NCBI GenBank assembly: GCA_965200805.1
Contig: OZ241384.1
Span: forward strand, 763,305-827,304
Direction: 5' to 3'
Length of the DNA stretch: 64,000 nt
From: Paracoccaceae bacterium
GTDB lineage: Bacteria > Pseudomonadota > Alphaproteobacteria > Rhodobacterales > Rhodobacteraceae
In this document: one piece after another, positions 38,716-48,059 of the stretch
Numbering within the stretch: position 1 is the first letter of the stretch
Layout of the letters: every line of letters starts with the position of its first letter
Notes under the pieces: model-generated
The model's input: only the letters and a program-made list of their open reading frames with translations
Databases searched by the model: none
What the model was told of the DNA's origin: nothing
Position numbers and translations under genes: made by a program

Positions 38716-39108
38716 GTGACAAATAATACCGGCAATATTCCATCTCCCCACGCTGAAAAAGCACTGCGATCATTGGGTGAAAATCTGAGGGTCGCCCGCC
38801 TCAATCGCCGCATTTCAATGCGCGGACTCGCCGAACGCATGGGTGTCTCGGAAAGGACTGTTTCCAGACTTGAGAAGGGTGAATGCGGAGTCGGTATCGG
38901 GACACTCGCCATGGCCTGTCTTGTGCTTGGCGAGATTGATCGGATCACCCATTTCCTTGATGTGGCAAGTGATGAGATGGGAATACGACGCGCAAGGCAG
39001 AATCCGCCAAAGCGTATTCGGGAATGTCGAAGTCCGGCATTGAACCCGACAGATGATCACGGGCCTTCCCGCGCACCGGAGGCGAACAGCCATGGGATGG
39101 CGTTTTGA
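38716..39108 (+). CDS. hipB: XRE-family HTH regulator, HipB-like antitoxin
   Basis: HTH region LRVARLNRRISMRGLAERMGVSERTVSRLEKGE. Its stop overlaps the ATG of the hipA remnant (TGATG at 39106-39110). Confidence 0.75.
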   Translation: MTNNTGNIPSPHAEKALRSLGENLRVARLNRRISMRGLAERMGVSERTVSRLEKGECGVGIGTLAMACLVLGEIDRITHFLDVASDEMGIRRARQNPPKRIRECRSPALNPTDDHGPSRAPEANSHGMAF

Positions 39109-39660
39109 TGCCGCGGGTCAGGGTCGTTCTTGGAGCAGCCATGCGGGAGGCGGGATGGTTGCGGTTTGAAAGTGATGGCCGTCGCCAGAACTCACAATTC
39201 GAATACGCTGATGACTGAACCCGGATCCTGCACAGAAATCGCCGACGTAATCCGGCGGATCTCATCGCGTTGTGGCTGAGGATCGTATTCTCAATCCTGG
39301 TTTCGAACACGGACGATCACCTTAAAAAACCACGGATTCCTTTATGTCGGCAACAATCGCTGGCGACTGTCGCCAGCCTTTGACATCAATCCGTCACCAT
39401 CACGACATCACTATCTTGAGACAGCAATTGTGCCGGACGGACCATTTGATGCATCGTTCGATCTGGCTCTTGAGTCATGCCCATATTTTGGTCTGGAGCC
39501 AGACCAGGCACGCCATCGGGCCCGGAGGATGACGGCAAGCGTCGCCGAATTCTGGAAATCCGAGCTTCGGGGTGCCGGGCTCGCCGGCAACGAGATCCGA
39601 ACCTACGCGGACGCATTCGGGCATGCCGAGGCTGAGAGTGCTTTGCGAACGACTGATTGA
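39108..39660 (+). pseudogene. hipA: HipA-type kinase toxin remnant (internal deletion, in-frame stop, frameshift)
   Basis: 36 N-terminal codons are followed by TGA at 39216. Next comes ...LIALWLRIVFSILVSNTDDHLK, then a frameshift at the A6 run 39324-39329. After that the sequence reads NHGFLYVGNNRWRLSPAFDINP...YFGLEPDQA... to 39660. About 185 of ~440 expected codons are present. Confidence 0.7.
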
Positions 39661-39806
39661 ACTCCGATCCCTGCGTGAAGGATGCAGGCCATCATCCGCA
39701 ACGATGGTCTTGCAGGACAACCCGCCTCCGGCATGCAATGGCACCGCTGAAAAGAGCCCGGTTCGGCTTCCCGAACGCAGTCACGCATATTGCCCGGCGG
39801 GGCCGT

Positions 39807-40277
39807 TCAGATTGAGCGATAGCACATCAGGGTGTTGGTCCCGCTTTGCACGACATCATTGTTCTGATTGGTAACAACAACATCGAGTGTTAGCAGACCG
39901 CGTTTCTGATCCGACAATGATCGCTTTTCGGCGACGGTGATCTGGGCACGAATCGTATCCTGTGCGAGAACAGGTCGTTTGAAGGACCAGTGCCAACCCA
40001 GTGATGCCTGGGCGTGAATGCGGGCGGAGGCCCTGCATTTCAGGCCGTCAACCAGGGCAAGAACGAGCAGTCCATGGGCAACACGGTCGGAAAATCCATG
40101 CCGAACAGCGGCATTACGGTCAAGATGGATCTCGAAATCGTCACCGCTGAAATCGGCAAACGCATCAATGACCTCAGCTGAGACAATGGCACTTCCGGTT
40201 TCGATGCGATCACCCGGGGTGAGATCGTCAAGAGCATAGAGACCCGGCGGCAGGAGGCGGATGTCGGACTGTTCCAT
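39807..40277 (-). CDS. MaoC-like (R)-specific enoyl-CoA hydratase / hotdog-fold dehydratase
   Basis: 156-aa ORF with the hydratase-2-like region FADFSGDDFEIHLDRNAAVRHGFSDRVAHGLLVLALVDG. Confidence 0.8.
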   Translation of the reverse strand: MEQSDIRLLPPGLYALDDLTPGDRIETGSAIVSAEVIDAFADFSGDDFEIHLDRNAAVRHGFSDRVAHGLLVLALVDGLKCRASARIHAQASLGWHWSFKRPVLAQDTIRAQITVAEKRSLSDQKRGLLTLDVVVTNQNNDVVQSGTNTLMCYRSI

Positions 40278-40540
40278 GAATACCCCATTGCGTTTTTTTC
40301 ATTACTGCCACAAGTTGACCTGAGAGGAAATCTTCACCCGTGCGGCCGGGAGTCTGAATGTTTTGTGGTCGTGATCCGGAATGCGTTCGTTTGATCGTGC
40401 GGGATGTTTGAATTGTTGAGGGGTTTGATCTAGATTTACTCTGGAGGATGGGGGCGGAAGATCCCTGCATCTGCATTCTTGACAGGAGTTATGGTGCCAG
40501 CGGGCAGTTGTGTTCCGCGTGGACCGAGGAGGAGAACAAA

Positions 40541-41854
40541 ATGAGGAAATCAGCAATTGTTGCCCTGGCTATGCTTGTCCCAATGGCAGGCACAACCGCA
40601 AAGTCAGCCGATCTGACCTTGTGCTGGGCAGCCTGGGATCCGGCCAATGCCCTGGTCGAACTGTCCAAGGACTTTGAGGCCCAGAGCGGGCACAACATGA
40701 GTTTTGAATTTGTCCCGTGGCCCAATTTTGCTGACCGGATGCTCAACGAGCTCAATTCCGGCGGCAAACTGTGTGACCTGATGATCGGGGACAGCCAGTG
40801 GATCGGTGGTTCTGCAGAATCCGGCCATTATGTGAAGCTCAATGACTTCTTTGACGCGGAAGGAATCACCATGGATGATTTCATTCCGGCCACAGTGACC
40901 GGCTATGCTGAATGGCCGAAGGGGACGCCCAATTACTGGGCACTTCCTGCATTTGGTGATGTGGTGGGCTGGACATACCGCAGGGACTGGCTTGAGCGAC
41001 CGGAGTTGCAGGCTGAGTTCAAGGCGGCCTACGGGCGGGATCTGGATGTCCCGCAGACACTTGCCGAGCTGAAGGACATTGCCGAATTCTTCCAGGGTCG
41101 CGAGATTGACGGAAAAACCGTCTACGGTGCAGCGATCTACACGGAGCGTGGCTCAGAAGGCATCACCATGGGCGTGACCAACGCACTATACAACTACGGA
41201 TTCGAATACGGGAATCCTGATTCACCCTATGAGTTGGAGGGATTCGTCAATTCTGATGGTGCTGTCGCCGGACTTGAGTTCTACAGGGAACTTTATGAGT
41301 GCTGCACGCCGCCGGGATCATCCGACTGGTATATGTCCGAGTCAATTGATGCCTTCAGGTCAGGACTGGTCGCGCTGCAAATGAATTTTGCCTTCATCTG
41401 GCCCGGTGTCCACGCCGACCCGAATGTGGGTGGAGACCGTTCGGGATACTTCCCGAATCCCGCTGGCCCGGGTGGCCATTTTGCCCAGCTGGGTGGTCAG
41501 GGGATTTCGGTTGTGTCGTATTCGGACAACCAGGATGCAGCACTTGAGTACATCAAGTGGTTTGCTCAACCCGAAATCCAGAAGCAATGGTGGGAGCTCG
41601 GCGGGTATTCAGCCCTGCGGGCCGTTGTTGAGGATCCCGCTTTTGCGACCAGCCAGCCTTACGCCCAGACATTTCTCGATTCGATGGCGATCGTGAAGGA
41701 TTTCTGGGCTGAGCCAGCCTACGCTTCGCTGCTGCTGGCAATGCAGGATCGTGTCCACACATATGTTATCGCCGGTCAGGGAACTGCCAGGGAAGCACTT
41801 GACGGACTGGTCGAGGATTGGATCGAAGTCTTCGAGGACGAGGGTAAACTCTGA
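40541..41854 (+). CDS. ABC transporter substrate-binding protein (family 1, sugar/polyol type)
   Basis: GAGGAGGAG lies before the ATG at 40541. Signal peptide MRKSAIVALAMLVPMAGTTAKSA. First gene of a transporter operon. Confidence 0.85.
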   Translation: MRKSAIVALAMLVPMAGTTAKSADLTLCWAAWDPANALVELSKDFEAQSGHNMSFEFVPWPNFADRMLNELNSGGKLCDLMIGDSQWIGGSAESGHYVKLNDFFDAEGITMDDFIPATVTGYAEWPKGTPNYWALPAFGDVVGWTYRRDWLERPELQAEFKAAYGRDLDVPQTLAELKDIAEFFQGREIDGKTVYGAAIYTERGSEGITMGVTNALYNYGFEYGNPDSPYELEGFVNSDGAVAGLEFYRELYECCTPPGSSDWYMSESIDAFRSGLVALQMNFAFIWPGVHADPNVGGDRSGYFPNPAGPGGHFAQLGGQGISVVSYSDNQDAALEYIKWFAQPEIQKQWWELGGYSALRAVVEDPAFATSQPYAQTFLDSMAIVKDFWAEPAYASLLLAMQDRVHTYVIAGQGTAREALDGLVEDWIEVFEDEGKL

Positions 41855-41945
41855 TTCCTGCAGAGCATTTCCATGCATCATTCTGAATGCCCGACCGCCG
41901 CTCATCGGCGGTCGGGTGCAAGCCATACATAGCCTCACGCACGAT

Positions 41946-42893
41946 ATGGGACTCTCGCCCATCGAGAGAATTGCCGAGGGAACGCCAAAGGGTTTCCGAA
42001 GACGGATACGGGGACTTTCTGATCGTGCCATTGCCTGGCTGTTCGTCGGTCCAACGATTGCGCTGCTGCTGCTGATCAACATCTTCCCCCTGATCTGGAC
42101 GATTCGTCTCAGTTTCACCAACTTTCGGGCCAACCGCCCGAATGTGGATGTGAAATTCATCGGCCTGCGGAACTATGAACGCATTCTGTCCGACAGCGAT
42201 ATCTGGCAGACCATGCAGGCAACGGCCCATTTTCTTTGCTGGACCCTGTTTTTGCAGGTGCTGCTTGGCTTTACCCTGGCCTGGTTGATCAACAGGAAGT
42301 TCAGGGGGAATGATCTCTGGACCACGATCATCGTGCTGCCGATGATGCTGTCACCAGCTGTTGTCGGCAATTTCTGGACGTTTTTGTACCAACCGCAAAT
42401 TGGCCTGTTCAACTACGTGATCTCGTTCCTTACGGGCGTCGATCCCAGCGGTTTTACCATGATTGGCGAAGTTGATCTCGCACCCTGGGCGATTGTGATT
42501 GTGGATACATGGATGTGGACACCGTTTATCATGCTCATCTGTCTGGCCGGACTCCGCTCGATACCGGATTACATCTATGAGGCGGCAGAGTGTGATCGGG
42601 CATCAAAATGGCGGCAGTTCTGGACCATCACCATTCCGATGGTGCTGCCGTTTCTGATGCTGGCCGTACTGTTTCGCGGCATTGAGAATTTCAAGATGTT
42701 CGATCTCGTGGTCCTGCTCACCGGCGGCGGCCCCGGCTCGACAACGGAACTGACATCAATCAATCTCAAGCGTGAAGCCTTTGAGAAATGGCGGACAGGC
42801 TATGCATCGGCCTATGCCGTCATTCTCTTTGTGACAATCTTCGGCCTGGCATCAATCTACGTCAAGGCCCTCAACAGGGTCAAGGACCGATGA
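41946..42893 (+). CDS. ABC transporter permease (MalF/UgpA-like)
   Basis: Hydrophobic profile and EAA loop YEAAECDRASKWRQFWTITIP. The start is uncertain; the longest ORF begins at 41751 and overlaps the SBP gene. Confidence 0.8.
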   Translation: MGLSPIERIAEGTPKGFRRRIRGLSDRAIAWLFVGPTIALLLLINIFPLIWTIRLSFTNFRANRPNVDVKFIGLRNYERILSDSDIWQTMQATAHFLCWTLFLQVLLGFTLAWLINRKFRGNDLWTTIIVLPMMLSPAVVGNFWTFLYQPQIGLFNYVISFLTGVDPSGFTMIGEVDLAPWAIVIVDTWMWTPFIMLICLAGLRSIPDYIYEAAECDRASKWRQFWTITIPMVLPFLMLAVLFRGIENFKMFDLVVLLTGGGPGSTTELTSINLKREAFEKWRTGYASAYAVILFVTIFGLASIYVKALNRVKDR

Positions 42894-43828
42894 GCAGCTG
42901 GTCGCCGATACAGCCGAGCGGTTTGCAGAAGTGGGTCGCCGGAACACTGGTTGTCATCTATGCGCTGGTGACAATCTTGCCGCTCCTCTGGATCATCTCA
43001 ACCGGCTTCAAGACGTCAGTCGACTCGATTGCCTACCCGCCAAAGATCGTGTTTGCGCCCTCACTGGAGGGATATGTCAATCTCTTCACCACGCAGACAC
43101 GGCAAACCGAGGACTACCTGGCCAGCAATCCACCCGGCAACTGGTATGAGAAAATCGTGCACGACAAGGGCATGGTGATCGCCGGGCCATCGCGCTTCGG
43201 CGAGCGTTTTATCAATTCCGTTATCATCGGCTTCGGTTCAACTTTCCTCTCGGTGTTCCTCGGCACGCTGGCAGCCTATGCGTTCTCGCGTTTCCGGGTT
43301 CCCCTGAAGGATGACCTGCTGTTCTTCATCCTGTCCACGCGCATGATGCCGCCCATCGCAGTCGCCATTCCGATCTTTCTCATGTTCCGGACGCTGGGAC
43401 TGTCCGACACCCATCTTGGAATGATCCTTCTCTACACAGCCGTGAACCTGTCCCTGGCTGTCTGGCTGCTGAAGGGATTCATTGACGAAATTCCGCTTGA
43501 ATACGAAGAGGCCGCCCTCATTGACGGTTACACGCGCCTGCAAGCCTTCATCAAGGTTGTCCTGCCGCAGTCAATGACGGGGATCGCTTCAACCGCGATC
43601 TTCTGTCTGATCTTTGCCTGGAATGAGTATGCCTTTGCCGTGCTCCTGACATCCGGCACCGCACAGACGGCACCGCCATTCATACCGACAATCATCGGTG
43701 TGAGCGGTCAGGACTGGCCGGCTGTTGCCGCAGGTGCAACGCTGTTTCTGGTCCCGGTGATGGTCTTTACCATCCTGTTGCGGCGACATCTGCTGCGCGG
43801 CATCACATTCGGAGCTGTCCGCAAATGA
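42890..43828 (+). CDS. ABC transporter permease (MalG/UgpE-like)
   Basis: ATGA overlap with the upstream stop. EAA loop EEAALIDGYTRLQAFIKVVLP. Confidence 0.85.
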   Translation: MSSWSPIQPSGLQKWVAGTLVVIYALVTILPLLWIISTGFKTSVDSIAYPPKIVFAPSLEGYVNLFTTQTRQTEDYLASNPPGNWYEKIVHDKGMVIAGPSRFGERFINSVIIGFGSTFLSVFLGTLAAYAFSRFRVPLKDDLLFFILSTRMMPPIAVAIPIFLMFRTLGLSDTHLGMILLYTAVNLSLAVWLLKGFIDEIPLEYEEAALIDGYTRLQAFIKVVLPQSMTGIASTAIFCLIFAWNEYAFAVLLTSGTAQTAPPFIPTIIGVSGQDWPAVAAGATLFLVPVMVFTILLRRHLLRGITFGAVRK

Positions 43829-44013
43829 ACCGCATGATGCAGGACCTTTTGCATCTGCGCCGGGGCGCATGGGAGATGGTGGCCTCCATCATCATCGCTG
43901 TCGGTGTGATCATGCTGATGCAGCCCTTTCTGCTTGTGGTCTACACCTGGTCGTTTCTGGTCACTCTGACCGGTACGGTCATGTTCATCATCGTCAGTCA
44001 TCTTCCGGAATAG
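43825..44013 (+). CDS. Small (62 aa) two-helix membrane protein, translationally coupled to the permease gene
   Basis: ATGA overlap at 43825-43828. Two hydrophobic stretches (MVASIIIAVGVIMLMQPFLLVVY and SFLVTLTGTVMFIIV). No family assigned. Confidence 0.45.
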   Translation: MNRMMQDLLHLRRGAWEMVASIIIAVGVIMLMQPFLLVVYTWSFLVTLTGTVMFIIVSHLPE

Positions 44014-44080
44014 ACCATGATGCCGGATCACCTCCGAACGCTGACACCGGCAGGCATGGACGGCTGAGGCGAACGGTTCC

Positions 44081-45175
44081 ATGGCAGAGATCATCATCAG
44101 GAATCTACGCAAGGAGTTCGGTGATTTTGTCGCCGTCGAGTCCTCCTCGTTTACCGTCGGTGATGGTGAGTTTTTCATGTTGCTTGGTCCCTCTGGCTGC
44201 GGAAAAACAACCACCCTCCGGATGATTGCCGGTCTTGAGTTACCGACCTCCGGCGAGATTCTCATTGATGGGGACGAGGTCGGCCAGCGGCCTGCCAGCC
44301 AGCGTGACATCGCCTTTGTCTTCCAGATGTTCGCTCTCTATCCCCATATGAATGTCCGCAAGAACATTCGCTATCCACTTGTCAGCCAGGGCATGCCGGC
44401 AGATGAAGTTCGCGCCAGGGTCGACGAAGTTGCCCGGATCCTTGGCATCGAAGCGATTCTTGATCGTCCCGTCGGTGGTCTCTCAGGCGGTGACCGGCAA
44501 CGCGTGGCCCTCGGACGGGCCATTGTCAGAAATCCAAAATGCTTCCTCATGGACGAACCGCTTGGTGCTCTTGATGCCGAATTTCGTGAACATATGGCCA
44601 GCGAGTTGCGCAGCCTGCATGACCGGATGGGCGCGACAACAGTCTATGTCACGCACGATCAGCGGGAAGCGATGCAGATGGGTGACAGGATTGTTGTCAT
44701 GAACCATGGCATCATTGAACAGTTTGGTGCGCCCCAGGAAATCTACGACTATCCGGCGACCCTCTTTGTTGCCGACTTTATCGGATCCCCACCGATGAAC
44801 ACCCTTGACCTTGACGGCACGCTGCCAACCGGAAGCGCACATGTCACCCTTGGCGACCAGAGCTTCGCGATCCGCCCACTGACCGAACCCGCCACGGGCG
44901 CACTGGCGCTCGGTGTGCGCCCCGAACATGTGTCCTTTGATGATCAATCAGCCTATCGGGGCACCGTCACAGCGATCGAGTATCTCGGCACAACCCAGAT
45001 CATAACCCTGGATTCCCCCAATGGCACAATGAAGGCACGCCAGCCATCCGGCATCCCGATCCGGGAGGGTGAGAGCGTCGGCCTGGCATTCCGCTCCGAA
45101 CTGGTCACAATCTTTGACAGGGATACCGGCACTGCGATTGGGTCCGAAAGACCTGCAGGTGGTGATAATGGCTGA
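44081..45175 (+). CDS. ABC transporter ATP-binding protein (MalK/UgpC-like), first of two
   Basis: Walker A GPSGCGKTT, signature LSGGDRQRV and Walker B FLMDEPLGALD. Confidence 0.9.
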   Translation: MAEIIIRNLRKEFGDFVAVESSSFTVGDGEFFMLLGPSGCGKTTTLRMIAGLELPTSGEILIDGDEVGQRPASQRDIAFVFQMFALYPHMNVRKNIRYPLVSQGMPADEVRARVDEVARILGIEAILDRPVGGLSGGDRQRVALGRAIVRNPKCFLMDEPLGALDAEFREHMASELRSLHDRMGATTVYVTHDQREAMQMGDRIVVMNHGIIEQFGAPQEIYDYPATLFVADFIGSPPMNTLDLDGTLPTGSAHVTLGDQSFAIRPLTEPATGALALGVRPEHVSFDDQSAYRGTVTAIEYLGTTQIITLDSPNGTMKARQPSGIPIREGESVGLAFRSELVTIFDRDTGTAIGSERPAGGDNG

Positions 45176-46163
45176 AGTCGTCCTCCAGAATATCTCAAAA
45201 TCTTTCGGCACAATTGCCGCTGTGGATGATGTCAGCCTGACCATTGAGGATGGCGATTTTCTGGTCCTGCTCGGGCCAACCGGTGCCGGCAAGACAACCC
45301 TGCTGCGTCTTGTTTCCGGCCTCGAGAACCCCGACAAGGGAACTGTGTCCATTGGTGGCCGGGATGCCACCACAGACATTCCGGCGATGCGCAATGTCGC
45401 CATGGTGTTTCAGCAGTACTCCCTCTATCCCCATATGACTGTGGCCGAAAATCTTGCCTTCCCGCTTCGTTCACCCCTGTTGCGGACACCGGATGCGGAA
45501 ATCCAGCGCAAAATCCGGGAGATTGCCGAGATTCTTCAGATTGATCACAAGCTTGAAAACCGGACAACAGCCCTGTCAGGCGGTGAGATGCAGCGGGTGG
45601 CGATCGGTCGCGCACTGGTGCGGGATCCGGCGATTTACCTTATGGATGAACCCCTCAGCTCCCTTGATGCCAAACTCCGGGCCGACCTGCGGATCGAGCT
45701 CAAACGGATCCAGGCCCAGCTTGGTGCGACCCTTCTCTATGTCACCCATGACCAGATCGAGGCGATGACGATGGCCAACCGAATTGGCGTTCTCGAATCC
45801 GGACACCTGGTGCAGGTCGGCTCGCCCCGGGAGATCTATGAAGATCCCGTCAGTCTCTATGTCGGCAGTCGGCTGGGTCTGCCGCGCATCAATGCCATAC
45901 CCGCCAGCCTCTTTGGCGGCGCACCCGCGGGTGCCGCCCTGATCGGTCTGCGTCCCGAGCATATTGAGCAGGGACAGGGCAAACCCTCCAAGGTCCTCCG
46001 GCTGGAACATCTTGGTGACCAGACGCAATTGCATCTTGATCTTGATGGGCACAGAATCATCACCCTGACGGATATCCATTCCAGGCTGCAACCGGGCGAC
46101 ACCATTCGCATCCGGCCCCGGGATCCATTATTTTTCGACGCATCAGGGCAACGCATTCGATAG
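45168..46163 (+). CDS. ABC transporter ATP-binding protein (MalK/UgpC-like), second of two
   Basis: 8-nt overlap with the upstream gene. Walker A GPTGAGKTT, signature LSGGEMQRV and Walker B YLMDEPLSSLD. Confidence 0.9.
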   Translation: MAEVVLQNISKSFGTIAAVDDVSLTIEDGDFLVLLGPTGAGKTTLLRLVSGLENPDKGTVSIGGRDATTDIPAMRNVAMVFQQYSLYPHMTVAENLAFPLRSPLLRTPDAEIQRKIREIAEILQIDHKLENRTTALSGGEMQRVAIGRALVRDPAIYLMDEPLSSLDAKLRADLRIELKRIQAQLGATLLYVTHDQIEAMTMANRIGVLESGHLVQVGSPREIYEDPVSLYVGSRLGLPRINAIPASLFGGAPAGAALIGLRPEHIEQGQGKPSKVLRLEHLGDQTQLHLDLDGHRIITLTDIHSRLQPGDTIRIRPRDPLFFDASGQRIR

Positions 46164-46175
46164 GATCAAACCAGC

Positions 46176-47798
46176 ATGAACCAGTTCATCAACCAACGCG
46201 ACACCATCGTCACGGACGCCATCGATGGCCTCCTCAGATCCTCCGAAGGGCGTCTGGCCCGACTTGATGGCTTTCCGCATATCAAGGTCGTCATCCGAAC
46301 CGACCGGAATCCCTCCCATGTTGCACTCATCTCCGGCGGTGGGTCCGGTCATGAACCCAGCCATGCCGGATTCGTCGGTGAGGGAATGCTGAGTGCCGCC
46401 ATCTGTGGTGATATCTTTGCCTCGCCATCAGTTGATGCTGTCCTTGCCGGGATCCTCGCCGTCACTGGCGCGGCCGGATGCCTTCTCATCGTCAAGAACT
46501 ACACCGGTGATCGGCTGAACTTCGGCCTCGCCGCCGAGCGGGCCCGAGCCCTCGGTCTCAAGGTCAGAATGGTTGTTGTCGGTGATGACATTGCCCTGCC
46601 CGATCTCCCCCAACCCCGCGGCGTCGCCGGAACGCTGTTCGTGCACAAGATCGCCGGTGCCCTTGCGGCATCCGGAGCCAGCCTCGCAGCCGTTGCCGAT
46701 ACCGCCCAACGTGTGGCCGGTCAGGTCCGCTCCATTGGCATGTCGCTTGATACATGCACAATTCCCGGCTCACCCCGGGAGGACCGGATCCCGGCAGGCC
46801 AGGCTGAACTCGGGCTGGGCATTCATGGCGAACCCGGTGTGGATCGTGTTGATTTCTCCACGGCCGAAACCGCCATGGCTCTCGTTCTGGAACGGCTGGA
46901 GACCCATTCGAGCGAGGGTCCTCTCATTGCCCTCCTCAACAATCTTGGTGGTTGCACACCCCTTGAGATGAGTGTCTTGGCCCATGCCCTCCACCGTGCC
47001 CCCCTCGCGGACCGGATCGAGGGCATCCTGGGCCCGGCCCCCCTCATGACATCACTCGACATGAAGGGGTTCTCTGTCTCACTCCTTGCTCCGACCGAAA
47101 ATGATCGCGCCGCCCTGCAATCTCCTGTATCCCTGCCTGCCTGGGCACCCCTTCGCGCCACAGGGACACCCGTGACCGTCGCCCTGCCCGATGGGCTGCA
47201 ACCCCGCAAACCCACCCCATCGACCCATCCCCAGGCTCACGCGATCATGCAGACATGCTGCCATGCGCTTCTCGATGCCGAAGCCGATCTCAATGCCCTT
47301 GATGCAAAATCGGGCGATGGTGACACCGGCAGCACCCTGGCCACAGCTGCGCGTTCGCTCCAGGCCAGGCTTGACCAGCTCCCGTTGGCCGTGACCCCGG
47401 AACTCTTCAGTGCCATCGGGCAGGAACTCAGCGAAACCATGGGCGGCTCCTCAGGTGTCCTGATGGCGATCTTTTTCGCTGCTGCCGGTGAAGCATCCGC
47501 CCGGGGCGACACAATCCCGAATTCACTCAAGGCCGGTCTTGACCGGATCATGCACGTTGGCGGCGCTCACCCCGGTGACCGCACCCTGATCGATGCCCTT
47601 GAACCCGCCCTCGCGCAACTCAGGCACGGCTGCGGCCCGGCAGCTGCAGCAGCACGGCACGGTGCCAATGCAACGGCCGCCCTCACGCAAGCGAGAGCCG
47701 GACGCGCCAGTTATGTTTCCGCCGAAAACCTCACAGGTCACAACGATCCCGGAGCCGAAGCCGTCGCACGTCTTTTCGAGGCCCTGGCTGCAACGTGA
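46176..47798 (+). CDS. Dihydroxyacetone kinase, fused DhaK-DhaL type (ATP-dependent)
   Basis: DhaK motif ALISGGGSGHEPSHAGFVG and C-terminal DhaL domain with DAKSGDGDTGSTL. Confidence 0.9.
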   Translation: MNQFINQRDTIVTDAIDGLLRSSEGRLARLDGFPHIKVVIRTDRNPSHVALISGGGSGHEPSHAGFVGEGMLSAAICGDIFASPSVDAVLAGILAVTGAAGCLLIVKNYTGDRLNFGLAAERARALGLKVRMVVVGDDIALPDLPQPRGVAGTLFVHKIAGALAASGASLAAVADTAQRVAGQVRSIGMSLDTCTIPGSPREDRIPAGQAELGLGIHGEPGVDRVDFSTAETAMALVLERLETHSSEGPLIALLNNLGGCTPLEMSVLAHALHRAPLADRIEGILGPAPLMTSLDMKGFSVSLLAPTENDRAALQSPVSLPAWAPLRATGTPVTVALPDGLQPRKPTPSTHPQAHAIMQTCCHALLDAEADLNALDAKSGDGDTGSTLATAARSLQARLDQLPLAVTPELFSAIGQELSETMGGSSGVLMAIFFAAAGEASARGDTIPNSLKAGLDRIMHVGGAHPGDRTLIDALEPALAQLRHGCGPAAAAARHGANATAALTQARAGRASYVSAENLTGHNDPGAEAVARLFEALAAT

Positions 47799-48059
47799 TG
47801 CGGGCGGCATTCAGTCGCTCCGGGCTCTCCGGTGTTCAGGGAGGACAATTCGGGCGCAAGCATGAAATTGACTGCACCAGACTCCGAATCGGAGTGAAAT
47901 CAATTTCTGTTTGCCGGATCCATCACAGATCAAGGTCTCAGATGACACTTCTCCGTTTACCCATTTGAATCACTGAATTCCTTTCAACAATCCCGCATGG
48001 TGATGTGCATCGCTCCTGTCGGTGTTTGGTCATTTCCAGGAACCGGCGGCTTGCACTCC

